Of a DNA stretch of 64,000 nucleotides, positions 12,264 to 24,663 are shown piece by piece. Within the stretch, counting starts at the first letter, position 1; each line of letters begins with the position of its first letter. This DNA is from Octopus vulgaris (taxonomy: Eukaryota). The position numbers were made by a program, and so were the translations under genes. The notes under the pieces are model-generated. The model ran no database searches. It was not told the DNA's origin and was given only the letters and a program-made list of their open reading frames with translations. The stretch lies in contig OX597820.1 of NCBI GenBank assembly GCA_951406725.2, positions 2,542,001 to 2,606,000 of the forward strand. The letters run 5' to 3'.

Positions 12264-14672
12264 CCCCTTCGGTCATGAATGACCATGGGGTTGCACCCAG
12301 AAAGTTCCCCTCCGAGGCACAAGTCCAAGCAAGGTTGTTAATGGAAGACCAGCAGTAACCCATGCACACCAACCTCCCCTCTCCATGTCATTATATCTAC
12401 ATAGGGTAAAGGGTAAAGATCCCCTTCGGTCATGAATGACCATGGGGTTGCACCCAGAAAGTTCCCCTCCGAGGCACAAGTCCAAGCAACATTGTTTATG
12501 GAAGACCAGCAGTCACCCATGGATATCAGCTTCTTCTCTCCAGGCCATTATATCTACATAGGGTAAAGGGCAAATACCCCCATCGGTCATGAATGACCAT
12601 GGGGTTGCACCTGGAAAGTTCCCCTCCGAGGCACAAGTCCAAGCAAGGTTGTTTATGGAAGACCAGCAGTCACCCATGGATATCAGCCTCTTCTCTCCAG
12701 GCCATTATATCTACATAGGGTAAAGGGCAAATACCCCCTTCGGTCATGAATGACCATGGGGTTGCACCTAGAAAGTTCCCCTCCGAGGCACAAGTCCAAG
12801 CAACGTTGTTTATGGAAGACCAGCAGTCACCTATGGATATCAGCCTCTTCTCTCCAGGCCATTATATCTACATAGGGTAAAGGGCAAATACCCCCTTCGG
12901 TCATGAATGACCATGGGGTTGCACCTAGAAAGTTCCCCTCCGAGGCACAAGTCCAAGCAAGGTTGTTTATGGAAGACCAGCAGTCACCCATGGATATCAG
13001 CCTCTTCTCTCCAGGCCATTATATCTACATAGGGTAAAGGGCAAATACCCCCTTCGGTCATGAATGACCATGGGGTTGCACCTAGAAAGTTCCCCTCCGA
13101 GGCACAAGTCCAAGCAAGGTTGTTTATGGAAGACCAGCAGTCACCCATGGATATCAGCCTCTTCTCTCCAGGCCATTATATCTACATAGGGTAAAGGGCA
13201 AATACCCCCTTCGGTCATGAATGACCATGGGGTTGCACCTAGAAAGTTCCCCTCCGAGGCACAAGTCCAAGCAAGGTTGTTTATGGAAGACCAGCAGTCA
13301 CCCATGGATATCAGCCTCTTCTCTCCATGCCATCATATCTACATAGGGTAAAGGGCAAATACCCCTTCGGTCATGAATGACCATGGGGTTGCACCTAGAA
13401 AGTTCCCCTCCGAGGCACAAGTCCAAGCAACGTTGTTTATGGAAGACCAGCAGTCGCCCATGGATACCAGCCTCTTCTCTCCATGCCTTTATACGTATAT
13501 AGGGTAAAGGGCAAAGACCCCTTTCGGTCATGAATAACCATGGGGTTGCACCTAGAAAGTTCCCCTCCGAGGCACAAGTCCAAGCAACGTTGTTTATGGA
13601 AGACCAGCAGTCACCCATGGATACCAGCCTCTTCTCTCCATGCCTTTATACGTATATAGGGTAAAGGGCAAATACCCCCTTCGGTCATGAATGACCATGG
13701 GGTTGCACCTAGAAAGTTCCCCTCCGAGGCACAAGTCCAAGCAAGGTTGTTTATGGAAGACCAGCAGTCACCCATGGATACCAGCCTCTTCTCTCTATGC
13801 CATTATATCTACATAGGGTAAAGGGCAAATACCCCCTTCGGTCATGAATGACCATGGGGTTGCACCTAGAAAGTTCCCCTCCGAGGCACAAGTCCAAGCA
13901 AGGTTGTTTATGGAAGACCAGCAGTCACCCATGGATACCAGCCTCTTCTCTCTATGCCATTATATCTACATAGGGTAAAGGGCAAATACCCACTTCGGTC
14001 ATGAATGACCATTGGGTTGCACCTAGAAAGTTCCCCTCCGAGGCACAAGTCCAAGCAAGGTTGTTTATGGAAGACCAGCAGTCACCCATGGATATCAGCC
14101 TCTTCTCTCCATGCCATTATATCTACATAGGGTAAAGGGCAAAGACCTACGTCGGTCATGAATGACCATGGGGTTGCACCTAGAAAGTTCCCCTCCGAGG
14201 CACAAGTCCAAGCAGGGTTGTTTATGGAAAACCAGCAGTCACCCATGGATATCAGCCTCTTCTCTTCATGCCATTATATGTACATAGTGTAAAGGGCAAA
14301 GACCCCCTTCGGTCATGAATGACCATGGGGTTGCACCTAGAAAGTTCCCCTCCGAGGCACAAGTCCAAGCAAGGTTGTTTATGGAAGACCAGCAGTCACC
14401 CATGGATACCAGCCTCTTCTCTCCATGCCATTATATGTACATAGTGTAAAGGGCAAAGACCCCCTTTGGTCATGAATGACCATGGGGTTGCACCTAGAAA
14501 GTTCCCCTCCGAGGCACAAGTCCAAGCAAGGTTGTTTATGGGAGACCAACCTATGCATACCTGTCTCCCCTTTCGACACCATTACATTTGCATAGGGTAA
14601 AGAGTAAGAACCCCTTCGGTCATGAATGACCATAGGAATGCATCTAGGAAGTTACTCTCCGAGGCACAAGTC
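12264..14672. repeat. Tandem array, 157-bp unit, 15 full copies plus one partial
   Basis: ccccttcggtcatgaatgaccatggggttgcacctagaaagttcccctccgaggcacaagtcc... recurs at 12264, 12421, 12578 and so on to 14461 and 14611. Terminal units are more diverged. Confidence 0.95.
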
Positions 14673-14813
14673 CCAGTTGATGAGACATTAGGCAATGAAT
14701 GGAGTCTTGTATTCTCCTAAAACACAGAATGTAACTCATTCTGTCCCTGAAAAAAAACAAAAAAACATTCAAAGCTTTCTCTTTGTGGCACCAAACTTGT
14801 AAATTTCATTCAT

Positions 14814-14854
<41 letters not shown>

Positions 14855-15187
14855 ACTTTAATGTCCATGGCTGGTGAGCCTGGAAGGCTGCACCAGACTC
14901 CAGTCTCATTTGGCATGGTTTTCTACAGCTGGATGCCCTTCCTAATGCCAACCACTCCAAGAGTGCAATGGGAGCTCTTACATGCCACCGGCACAGGTAC
15001 CATTTGTGTGACACCACTATCTGCCATGATTGCGATTTTACTCAGCTTGATGGGTTTTCTTTTCCAGTATGACATAATGCCAAAGGACCCAGTCATTGCC
15101 TCTGTGAGGCCCAATGCCCTGAAGGAACTCAGCCAGTTTGCCTCCATGAAGCCCATTGCTTGAAAGGAACTCAAAGCAAGAAATTAC

Positions 15188-15399
15188 CTTCGCAATAGGC
15201 AGGTTGTTCCAAATGTCAATCAGGTTGCTTCTATAGTAGTTCAAACATTTATCATTTTCTTCTGTGGTTTCTGATACCATTTTCTCCTTTGTCACAACAA
15301 CTGGAGACTGACAACCAGATATTCCACCTTCAGAATAAGTTGCACTTACGTTGACATCCACACCGCTTTTTACAAAGTAAATCATGTTCCAGATGTTAC
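15188..15399 (-). CDS. PAN-domain secreted protein, coding exon 2 (GNIWNMIYFVKSGVDVNV...CLNYYRSNLIDIWNNLPIAK)
   Basis: tgtttag acceptor, AAG|gtaatt donor, 212 nt, phase 1 to 0. Confidence 0.8.
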
Positions 15400-17257
15400 C
15401 TAAACACAAAGAATGGTAAGAGGGAAAGTAAAGCAACATCAAATTCTAAAGAAACTGAAGAAAATATATGACATGTTGTTGTTTTCTTTAATATTGTGAA
15501 GAATAAAAGAGATTAAAAATCAGTCTAAATTAATTAACCAATTTCCTAATTCTGGAGAATTGATACCAAAGAAATGATAGTTTTAAAGGAGAGGACTTAA
15601 TTGTATCAGATTAAATTGTATACACAACGAAAATTTGTTATGAGCAACAGAAGCAGTAGGAGTCTAAAATAGCAATCTCCATATCATATTTAAAGCAGAG
15701 ACATAATGAACTGCCTAATTAACTACAATATTAACCGTTTTACTATGTCAGTAACAGTGGCTTCTGTCCCAGAAAACTTTTTGCACTGGATACAGTTTCT
15801 TGTGATTGCTCTATGAATCAGCCAATCTGCATAAAACTATGGTGAGACATGGTTTCTTGAATGTTCTCAAAATTCATACCCTTTTACCCTAGTTCAACAG
15901 TTTGGCATCTAACTCATAGAAGACCACTGCTAGTATTCAACCAAGACCGGGCACAGCAGATCAAAACTTGCTTTCCATAACACACAGAACTGTTTTCTCC
16001 GAGCTTCCACAATGTGTATTGTATCTACATTTTCCTCTTCCAGATAGCAAATGTTGAAACCAACTCAGTAAATCATTTATCCTTTCTATTCTGACGACCA
16101 ATAAATTGGTGATGATCTCTGGTAGTTTGTGTATTTATATGTGCTTCCTGCCCAACAATGACAGGGGGCTCCGAAAGGGATCTCAGGGAGTAGAGTCCCT
16201 GCCTTCCAGAGCTAGTTTTCATCACATTTCTTAAAAATCGTGGTAGAGGCCTTGGTCTTGGGACCACTCATGTCTAGAAACTGAGGTTGAGGGTAAGCAA
16301 GGGCATGCTCCCCGTAGAAAATCCAGCTCCAAAAAAGCCCCATGATAGCAAAGGAGAAAGGGCACCAGCGCCAGCCCAAAGGTTGGGGTGGGCTGCACCT
16401 GCCTACCTCAGTTGCTATGGAATTGAGGTAGATCCAGCCACCCCCATTAACAAGGAGAAAACCCAGATTTAAAATGCTGGATTATGAACATTTGCAAGTT
16501 TGACTTTATTTGTAATACAAGCAGCCAGTCAGATCTTACATAAGGCTACAGCATCATTAGTTCTAAAACCAACCCAACATCTGGTTGCACAACAACGGCA
16601 GCTGCCTCTATATATTACTCTTGCTTTAACCTTTGCCAGTCTAAAACATTTTCATGAGTTCTTCCTAAACCCCCATGCTTCTTTTCAGATTTTTAGTGGG
16701 TCCTCGTTTCATACGTTTTCAGCAATATAAAGCTTTCTATACATAAGTCCCAACTTACTCTTCTGGTTGAAAAAAAGATTGGGAATGTGTATCATATACG
16801 ATGCAAAGAAACCAGGAAAATGTGTCCTGCATCAAAGAGTTAAGATTAATTTAACCATTTAGTGTTTAAACTGGGCATATCCACACTAGTGTAGCACTGG
16901 GCACCTTGGGTGGCACTTTTAAAGGGGGTACCACTTTTGGGTCTGCTGAGGGCAATATGTGTTTTTTGTGGAGTCCAAGGGTGACAAATGGAAGGTCCAC
17001 CCCAGGTGGCACACACTCTAGCTATGCTAATGCATGTCCAGTCTAAATATTCCACCTGTTTTATCATCAAACTGGTCAAATATGGTCTTTCGTGGGTACC
17101 TTGCAGTGTCACTTTAAAAGTAAACAATCAAATCATTGAAATCTCAAAGCCATGAAGTAATGCAGGATTAATTTAAAATGGTGTGAGTACATAAGCCTTA
17201 GATTTGACAGAATAATCTGAGTGTTAAAGGGTTAACATCATGGAACTTATGTCTTAC

Positions 17258-17573
17258 CTTCATCAACAGAATAATAAGTTTGGGAATCATCCAAAGATTG
17301 AAGACCAAGAATATCATTCCAGGAATGGAGCAAAGAACATTTTGAATTGCTTCTTTCGTATGTAAAATATCTGCAGAAATTCTTTCTGGCGCAAAGTGCA
17401 CTACATTGGATCCTGCTGCTTGCTGACTGACTTGGATAAGCTGGGTCTTTCGACGCAAGGCATTTGTCGAAAGGCATCCGTTTAAATAAGTTTTGAAGGA
17501 TTGTATTTGATGCCATTGTCAAAGAAAGCAGCCAAAAGCATAACAGGGTAAAATGAAATATTGAATTCATCAT
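17258..17573 (-). CDS. PAN/Apple-domain secreted protein, first coding exon
   Basis: MMNSIFHFTLLCFWLLSLTMA looks like a signal peptide. SRIQCSALCARKNFCRYFTYERSNSKCSL fits the PAN C-x3-C-x5-C..F.Y..C pattern. G|gtaaga donor. A ttttcag acceptor 2 nt before the ATG implies an upstream UTR exon. Confidence 0.85.
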
Positions 17574-18189
17574 AGCTGAAAAAGAAAACTTGGCTATTAA
17601 TCATTCAGAAACAGAATTCATAATGGGACGATATTTAAAACTTTTTGTGGCAAATAAAAGTGAAACAACCGACAACAACTCAAAGTGAAAGCTAAACAGA
17701 TAATTGTTAAACATGAGTAAAAGTCAATCAGTAATAAAGGTACTAAAAGCAAAATTCAATTCAGTGGTATGTAAAAAGTAGGATCCGATCATGGCCAATG
17801 CCAGTACCCCCTGACTGGCCCCTGTGCAGGTGGCATGTAAAAAGCACCATCTGAACATGGCTGAAGCCAGTACCCCCTGACTGGCCCCTGTGCAGGTGGC
17901 ATGTAAAAAAGTACCATCCAAACGTGGCCAATGCCAGTACCCTGTGACTGGCTCCCATGCTGGTGGCATGTAAAAACCACCCACTACATCCAGTTGTAGA
18001 AACATTGCTAGATCAGACTGGAGCCTGGTGCAGCCTCCTGGCTTTCCAGACCTCAGTCAAACCATCCAACCCATGCCAGCATGGAAAACGGATATTAAAC
18101 AGTGATGATGATGGTGATGATGATGGTGATGATGATGAAGAAGAAGAATTGATTTATTTTCTTTCAATTATTTTGGAAACTTCAGCTTC

Positions 18190-18782
18190 TGCTATGAAAC
18201 CGCTGAAATTTAGAATGCAAATAATCACCAAGATTATTGAAAAATATAGACCCTTATTGGCTCCCATGAAACCAAGAAGACCATCATCAATCCCACATCC
18301 AACAAGATTTGCCCCAGCTGGCCACTTTCCCATGGAAATACCACCAAGTGATAAGAAAAAGAACCCTACAAGACAGTGTGCAAAATGCACAGAGAATGGA
18401 GACGCTAAAGGAAGAAGATTTGAAGAGAAAGCAGATACATGTGTAATGTCTGCAAGATAACTTTGTGTGTAACTCCTTGTTTTCAAAATTATCATTCTAA
18501 ATAAACTGTCGCATTAAAAAAAAACATTTCCTTTCATTTAAAAGCAATACATCTTATAAAAAATCGAAGATAGTTATATGTATTTTTTCAATGTCCGAGT
18601 TAAATCATTTAAATCCAAATGAGTGAAAGTACATTTTAATTTCTTTAATAAAAAATAAAGGAAACAAGATATAAAACTTTTTCTTTGTAATTAACACAGT
18701 GCATATAATTAAAAAAGGAAATTAAAAAAAATGCTCTGAAATGAAACGCCATGTCAAAATAATCGATCCATCAAGGGATTAA
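18190..18782 (+). mobile_element. piggyBac (PGBD4-like) transposase C-terminal relic with right end
   Basis: KPLKFRMQII..HFPMEIPPSDKKKNPTRQCAKC..LCVTPCFQNYH cysteine-rich domain, frameshifted. Ends aaggga-ttaa. Confidence 0.75.
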
Positions 18783-18976
18783 TTCTTTGTTATATCTAAA
18801 ATTAATTGAAAGAAACACAGAGCATCTCAACAGAAATATGGTAACAAAAGGGTTCATCTTTTTCGCTCTGTGGAATTTCCACAGGTCCCATTAGTATTGA
18901 TGGTGAAGATATGAAAGATGAAGATGACCTCAGCAGCAATAAAATCATTCTTTCTTTCTTAAATAGCTTCTCTTAA

Positions 18977-19185
18977 CCCTTTTGATACCAACCCGGCTGA
19001 AACCGCCTCTGGCTCTGAGTACAAATGTATTGCTTTCATAAGTTTTGAATTAAAAATCTTCCACCAAACCTTAGTCACAATTTATGTTCTTAACACTAGC
19101 TTAGAGATAATGAAGTTATTTTACTAAATTCTTTGTAAATGAAAGAAACCCAGAGCATCTCAACAAAAATACAATAACGAAAGGG
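18977..19185 (-). mobile_element. piggyBac-type MITE (same family as 1595-2080)
   Basis: TTAA|CCCTTT...AAAGGG|TTAA; reverse complement of the 1.6-2.1 kb copies. Confidence 0.75.
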
Positions 19186-20079
19186 TTAATGGATTTCAGA
19201 CAAAATCACAGCATATCACCAACACCTCTTCACCATTTATGGTAAGTCTGATTTTAAATTTAAAATGTTGAATTTCCTGTATTATAGAATATATTTACAG
19301 AGTACAGGTATTTTACACTGTCAGATTGGATAGTGTGCTTGACTAAAAGTACAGTACTCTATTTATTCCTCTGTCTTTCATAATGTAATTATTAACATTA
19401 GCCACTCTTAACGTAACCTAACCTCGGTGTCGGTCCTTACAGGCAATCAGCTTCATCGGATCAATGTTCCCCTCTTTTAGTCCGTAGAACCAAGGAATTA
19501 GTGCATTTGGTAGAGAGCTTCTTAATAAAAAGCAAGAGACCAGAATAAATGGCTGCAACTTGAGAGGAGGAAGAACTTGCAGGCTGAGCAATGTATGGAA
19601 GCATTTTTCACTTTTCTTACAGATCTCTCGTCAGTATTATTGTGGTGATGGGTAAAAGAGAAAACCATCCAGAAGGTGGAAGTGAGTTTCTCCAGGGCCA
19701 AGCATTTTAAACAGCTTTCTTGATCTACTTTGTTGTGATGTAGTTGTGGTGAATAACTTAGGAGAATTAGGGTCAAGGAGGTTTTGTGGTGGGTGTGATG
19801 TAAAAATAAGGGCTTAGAAAAAGGGGTTTCAGGAATGTGCTTGGGTAAACAAAATCGTCCTTTTTATGAGTGGATATGATACAGCATGATTCAAAATCCA
19901 AGGACCTTAGTATGAATAAGGGCCATTGTCTCAGATTGTGGGTTAGGGGTTTGAAGAAAGACGAAAATAAAATTCTCTACTTACATAAAGATATCTCAAA
20001 TATTCTGAAACGGAACTGCTAATGTGACTGCAGATCTTCAAATGCTGGAATGACAAGTTTTCTCCTGGAATACTGTTTT

Positions 20080-20284
20080 TATATGTATGCATGGATGGAT
20101 GGATGGATGGGTGGATGGGTGGGTGGGTGGGTGGATGGATGAGTGGATGTGTGGGTGTTTGTATGTATAAATTGATATATTGATATATGAGTACAACTGA
20201 TTCTGCATGTATGCTTCAGAATCATCATATATGGTGTGAATTTTAAATATATATATATAATATGTATATACACATTATATACAT

Positions 20285-20343
<59 letters not shown>

Positions 20344-20820
20344 AATTTATATACATACAAATATATACACATACACATTATATATATATATCCATTATAT
20401 ATATATATATATATATAAATACACACATATATATAAATACATATATGTACGTACATATCTATATATACATACATATATATATGCATATATATACATACAT
20501 ACATATACATACATACATATATATATATACATACATATATATAAGTACATACATATATATATACATACATACATATATATATAAGTACATACATATATAT
20601 ATACATACGTACATATATATACATACATACATATAACTACATACATACATATACATACATATATACATATATATACATAAATATACATACACACACACAC
20701 ATATATATATGTATACACACACACACACACACATGAACTCATTCATATACATATTTGTGTGTGTGTGTGAGAGAGAGAAAGAGCAAGAATATAAATGTGT
20801 GTGTTGTGTGTGTTGTGTAT
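20080..20820. repeat. Compound microsatellite (TGGA, TA, CA, TACA)
   Basis: Direct inspection. Confidence 0.95.
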
Positions 20821-21425
20821 GCTTTAAAAAGGTAATCACAATCTAATTTTCTGCTTCGGTTCAACCGTGTCACGATATCCAGTAATTAAGATACAGTTTT
20901 ATTCACGAACCTCATCGATAATCTTTTCAGAATTTTCTTCAAAGAACAAACTGCACGGCTTATTTGTGTGCAGCAGACAAACCAGAAGCAACGCTCCATT
21001 GTTCATAGAAGGTGCTTCATAAGTCAACAAACAACAACAAAAATATCAACAAACAATAAACAACAAACAATAACACCAACAACAGCAACAAATACTTTCC
21101 AAGTGATAAACCTACCCTGGGTGGCTGGTTGTTGCTGGGCAAGTATTTGTTGTCTAGCTGATATCAAAGAAGAAATAATAATAATAGTAGTAGTAGTAGT
21201 AGTAGTAATCCTTCCTACTAAAGGCAAAAGGCCTCAAATTTTGAGGGAGGGGGACTAGTTGATTATATCGACCTCAGTATACCACTGGTACTTAATCTAT
21301 TGATCCCAAAACGATGAAAGCCAAAGTCGAACCTCGGCAGAATTTGAACTCAGAATGTACCAATGGGCGAAATAACGCTAAGCATTTCACCCAGTGTGCT
21401 AACGATTCTGCCAGCTCACCACCTC

Positions 21426-21472
<47 letters not shown>

Positions 21473-21511
21473 GTAATAGTAATAGTAATAATAATAATAA
21501 TAGTAATAGTA

Positions 21512-21561
<50 letters not shown>

Positions 21562-21995
21562 CAGAAAGTGATAAGTGCAGAATCTGTGGACAAAACGGTG
21601 AAACCGTATGGCATATTACCAGCCAAATTCACGCCACTAGCTCAGAAGGAATATAAGAGATGCCACGACAATATAGCCAGGCTTGTCCATTGGACACTTA
21701 GCAACAAGTTTGGACTTGACAGAGCAAAAGATTGGTACGACCACAAATCCGAAGGCATTATTGAAAATAGAAATGCAAAGATCCTATGGGATTTTATGAT
21801 TCAGTGCGATCATGAGATAGAGAATAGGAAGCCGGACATAGTCTTAGTTGCGAAAGAAAACAAACTATGCTGGATCATAGATATAGCATACCCAGCTGAC
21901 AACAAGGTATGTGATAAGGTGGAAAGAAAAGTTGAGAGATATGACAGGTTAGCTTGGGAAGTTAAGTAGTTGTGGTCGATGGAAAAGATAGTCAT
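21562..21995 (+). mobile_element. R4/Dong-clade LINE fragment (zinc finger plus restriction-like endonuclease) next to (TAA)n
   Basis: DKCRICGQNGETVWHI; YKRCHDNIARLVHW; KILWDFMIQCDHEIENRKPDIVLV..IIDIAYP. Directly abuts a long TAA repeat. Confidence 0.85.
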
Positions 21996-22000
21996 CACGA

Positions 22001-22480
22001 TCATTGTTCAACCGTGGTCGAGACAATGGAATTTACCATGCTACGCCAGACTTCACGGTCCATCATAGCATTACGGAGGTCCTGTTGCTGGATGCCTGTA
22101 TCCCTGGAGATTACATCAGGGAAGGAGAGTGTGCGCCCTCTGGCATTGCGAGTAGATGGCTTCCAGAGGAGGAGAGTAGAAATTACCTCTTTTTCAGCTC
22201 TACAACAATGTCCAGCAAACTGGACTCTCCTACCTTTCACAAGAGATGACACAGGTGGTAGTTTCCCATATATTTGCATTTTGGTTGGATGACGCTTCCA
22301 CGAGAGATTTTGAGCTCTCATAAGGAGTCAAGTGTAGGTTCCATCCAACCGCCTCTCAAGCTTCTTTGATAATGTCCAGGTTTTGAGCCATATAGTAGAA
22401 TTGGTTTGACTGTGGCTTTGAAGATTTCAAGTTTGAAGTCTCTACTTAGATTTGATGACCAGATCTTATGCATATCATTA
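22001..22480 (-). mobile_element. RTE-like LINE 3' fragment
   Basis: IYGKLPPVSSLVKGRRVQFAGHCCRA..GRTLSFPDVISRDTG..AMMDREVWRSMV. Confidence 0.8.
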
Positions 22481-22531
22481 AAGATAGCAACAAGAACAAC
22501 AATAAAAATAATAATGATAATTGTAATGATG

Positions 22532-22562
<31 letters not shown>

Positions 22563-22564
<2 letters not shown>

Positions 22565-23353
22565 GACCTTTTGAGCAGGATGGGCTACTCGACCAGAAGA
22601 AAATTCTAACTGGGCCCCACCTGCAAGGTCATGTGCTGTTTATCTTGATATGAGATCACCATGTCGCGCACATATGGTTGTGATGCATGTGCCAGGTGTA
22701 CCCTTATCAGACGGGTAGTCCGGATGGGTATATTGGGCTTCGTATATTTTACCTCAGTGTCACTTTGATGGCATGCACTGCTCTCTCACTCAATAATAAT
22801 AATAATAATGCAGTACCAGGCAGTGGCTCTCATGGCTTCTGATCTTAACTGATTGGAAGTGTTATCATGTACATTGTTTTGTCTTGGTATAAAAGATGGG
22901 CCACAGCAAATATTCTGCTCAATACCACAGATTTGCTTGTCAGTTGTTTGACCTTAACCAGTTGAGGTTGTCCCTTAGTGGCTGACGATATGTGCATCTC
23001 TGATCACGAGCAGAAGTAGTGGGGGAGCATCATAGCCATATGTTGAGAGGGATTCTTTGGGGTTTGAATAGTTCACCTCTGGAAACATGGGTGGTTCTTT
23101 CAACATCCTTAAGCAACCCTTATTCAGGGACCGTTTGAGCGGGATGGGCTACTCAACCTGAAGAAAATTCTAACTGGGCCCCACCTGCAAGGTCATGTGC
23201 TGTTTAAATGGATATGAGATCACCATGTCGCGCACATATGGTTGTGATGCATGTGCCTGGTGTACCTTTATCAGACGGGTAGTCATGATGGGTATATTGG
23301 GCTTCGTATATTTTACCCCAGTGTCACTTTGATGGCATGAACTGCTCTCTCAC

Positions 23354-23355
<2 letters not shown>
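22563..23355. repeat. Non-autonomous repeat embedded in TAA tracts, with a partial duplication
   Basis: 22565-22790 is near-identical to about 23128-23353. All junctions are (TAA)n. Confidence 0.7.
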
Positions 23356-23420
<65 letters not shown>

Positions 23421-23428
23421 TGATGATG

Positions 23429-23465
<37 letters not shown>

Positions 23466-23829
23466 CAACAAGAAGAGTTAAATCAATCTCTATAAATTAA
23501 TAATAACAATAGTAGTAGTAGTCACATGAACAACAATAAAGATAATAATAATGATAATGATATTCATTTGTTTCTTGTGTGCAATGGCCTTACAGGAATA
23601 CAATGTGTCTTCTATACAAAAGGGATTCTAACAATCGGCTGAGAATTCCTATTGAGACCCTGGTGTTCTGTCAATAAATCATTTATTGAGATGGGATTCG
23701 TGAGGGAAGTATTGTATTATTAAAAATATTGGCAGGTTTCAACAGGAATTATTTTACATGAATTATATTCCATGGATTGTGGACATGCTGGAGCAATTCC
23801 TTTGAAAATATTATTCAACTCTTATCAAC

Positions 23830-24140
23830 TTCGCTCATCATCATCACCCCCACCACCACCACCACCACCACCATTATTATCATCATCACCAGCACCACCA
23901 TTATCGTCATCACTGTCGTCATCACCACCATTATCACAGCCACTGTTGTCATCGGCATTATGGTCATCATGGTCATCATCATCATCATCATCATTGTCAT
24001 CATTGTCGTCACTGCCACCACCACCACAATCGTCATCATCACTGACATCATCATCATCGTCGTCGTCATCACCATCACCACCACCATCATCATCATCATC
24101 ACCACGACTATCAGCATCATTATCATCATCATCGTCATCA
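23830..24140. repeat. (CAT/CAC/CGT)n trinucleotide tract at a SINE tail
   Basis: Direct inspection; it explains the poly-S/P/D/I/M ORFs here. Confidence 0.9.
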
Positions 24141-24663
24141 TTTAACATCCACTTTTCCATGCTCGTATCAGTAGGGCAGAATTTTTGGCTGAGGGAGATT
24201 TTCTATGGTTGGATGCTCTTCCTGTTGCCAACACTCCCATCACTAAGTCATATTTTCATAGAAGATTGCAAAGAAAGGGTACTGCTTGCATTGCTAGTGG
24301 CACTTGTTTACTACTATTATGTAAGGAGAAAGCACACACACACACACACACTCACATGATTAGCTTCTTTCAGTTTCTGCCTACCAAATCCACTCACAAG
24401 GCTTTGGTATGTCTGGGGCTATAGTAGAAGACACTTGCCCAAGGTACTTATTTCAGTTTGATGCTGGTTTTAGTGATCTCCATTTGTCAAGCAGCTAAGT
24501 TAATTTTTAACACGATTTTGGTTTTTAACTGACAGTGGTGTTTCACACACTTAAGCTCAAATATGTCATTTGCTATCACCTTGGGCCAACCAAAGCTTGG
24601 CCAAAGGTGATAGCAAATGACATAGGTGATAGCTTGTGAGTGGATTAAACAATGATGATATAT

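Noticed and set aside
12264-14672. CRISPR array, or repeated protein-coding ORFs (MGDCWSSINN...)
   Set aside because: Whole units repeat without spacers. 157 is not a multiple of 3, so frames shift and stop in each unit.
20079-20839. Tyr/Ile-rich ORFs up to 181 aa
   Set aside because: These are translations of TA/CA/TACA microsatellites.
23772-24359. Ser/Pro-rich 195-aa ORF and overlapping poly-D/I/M ORFs
   Set aside because: This is a trinucleotide tract at a SINE tail, open in several frames with no splice support.
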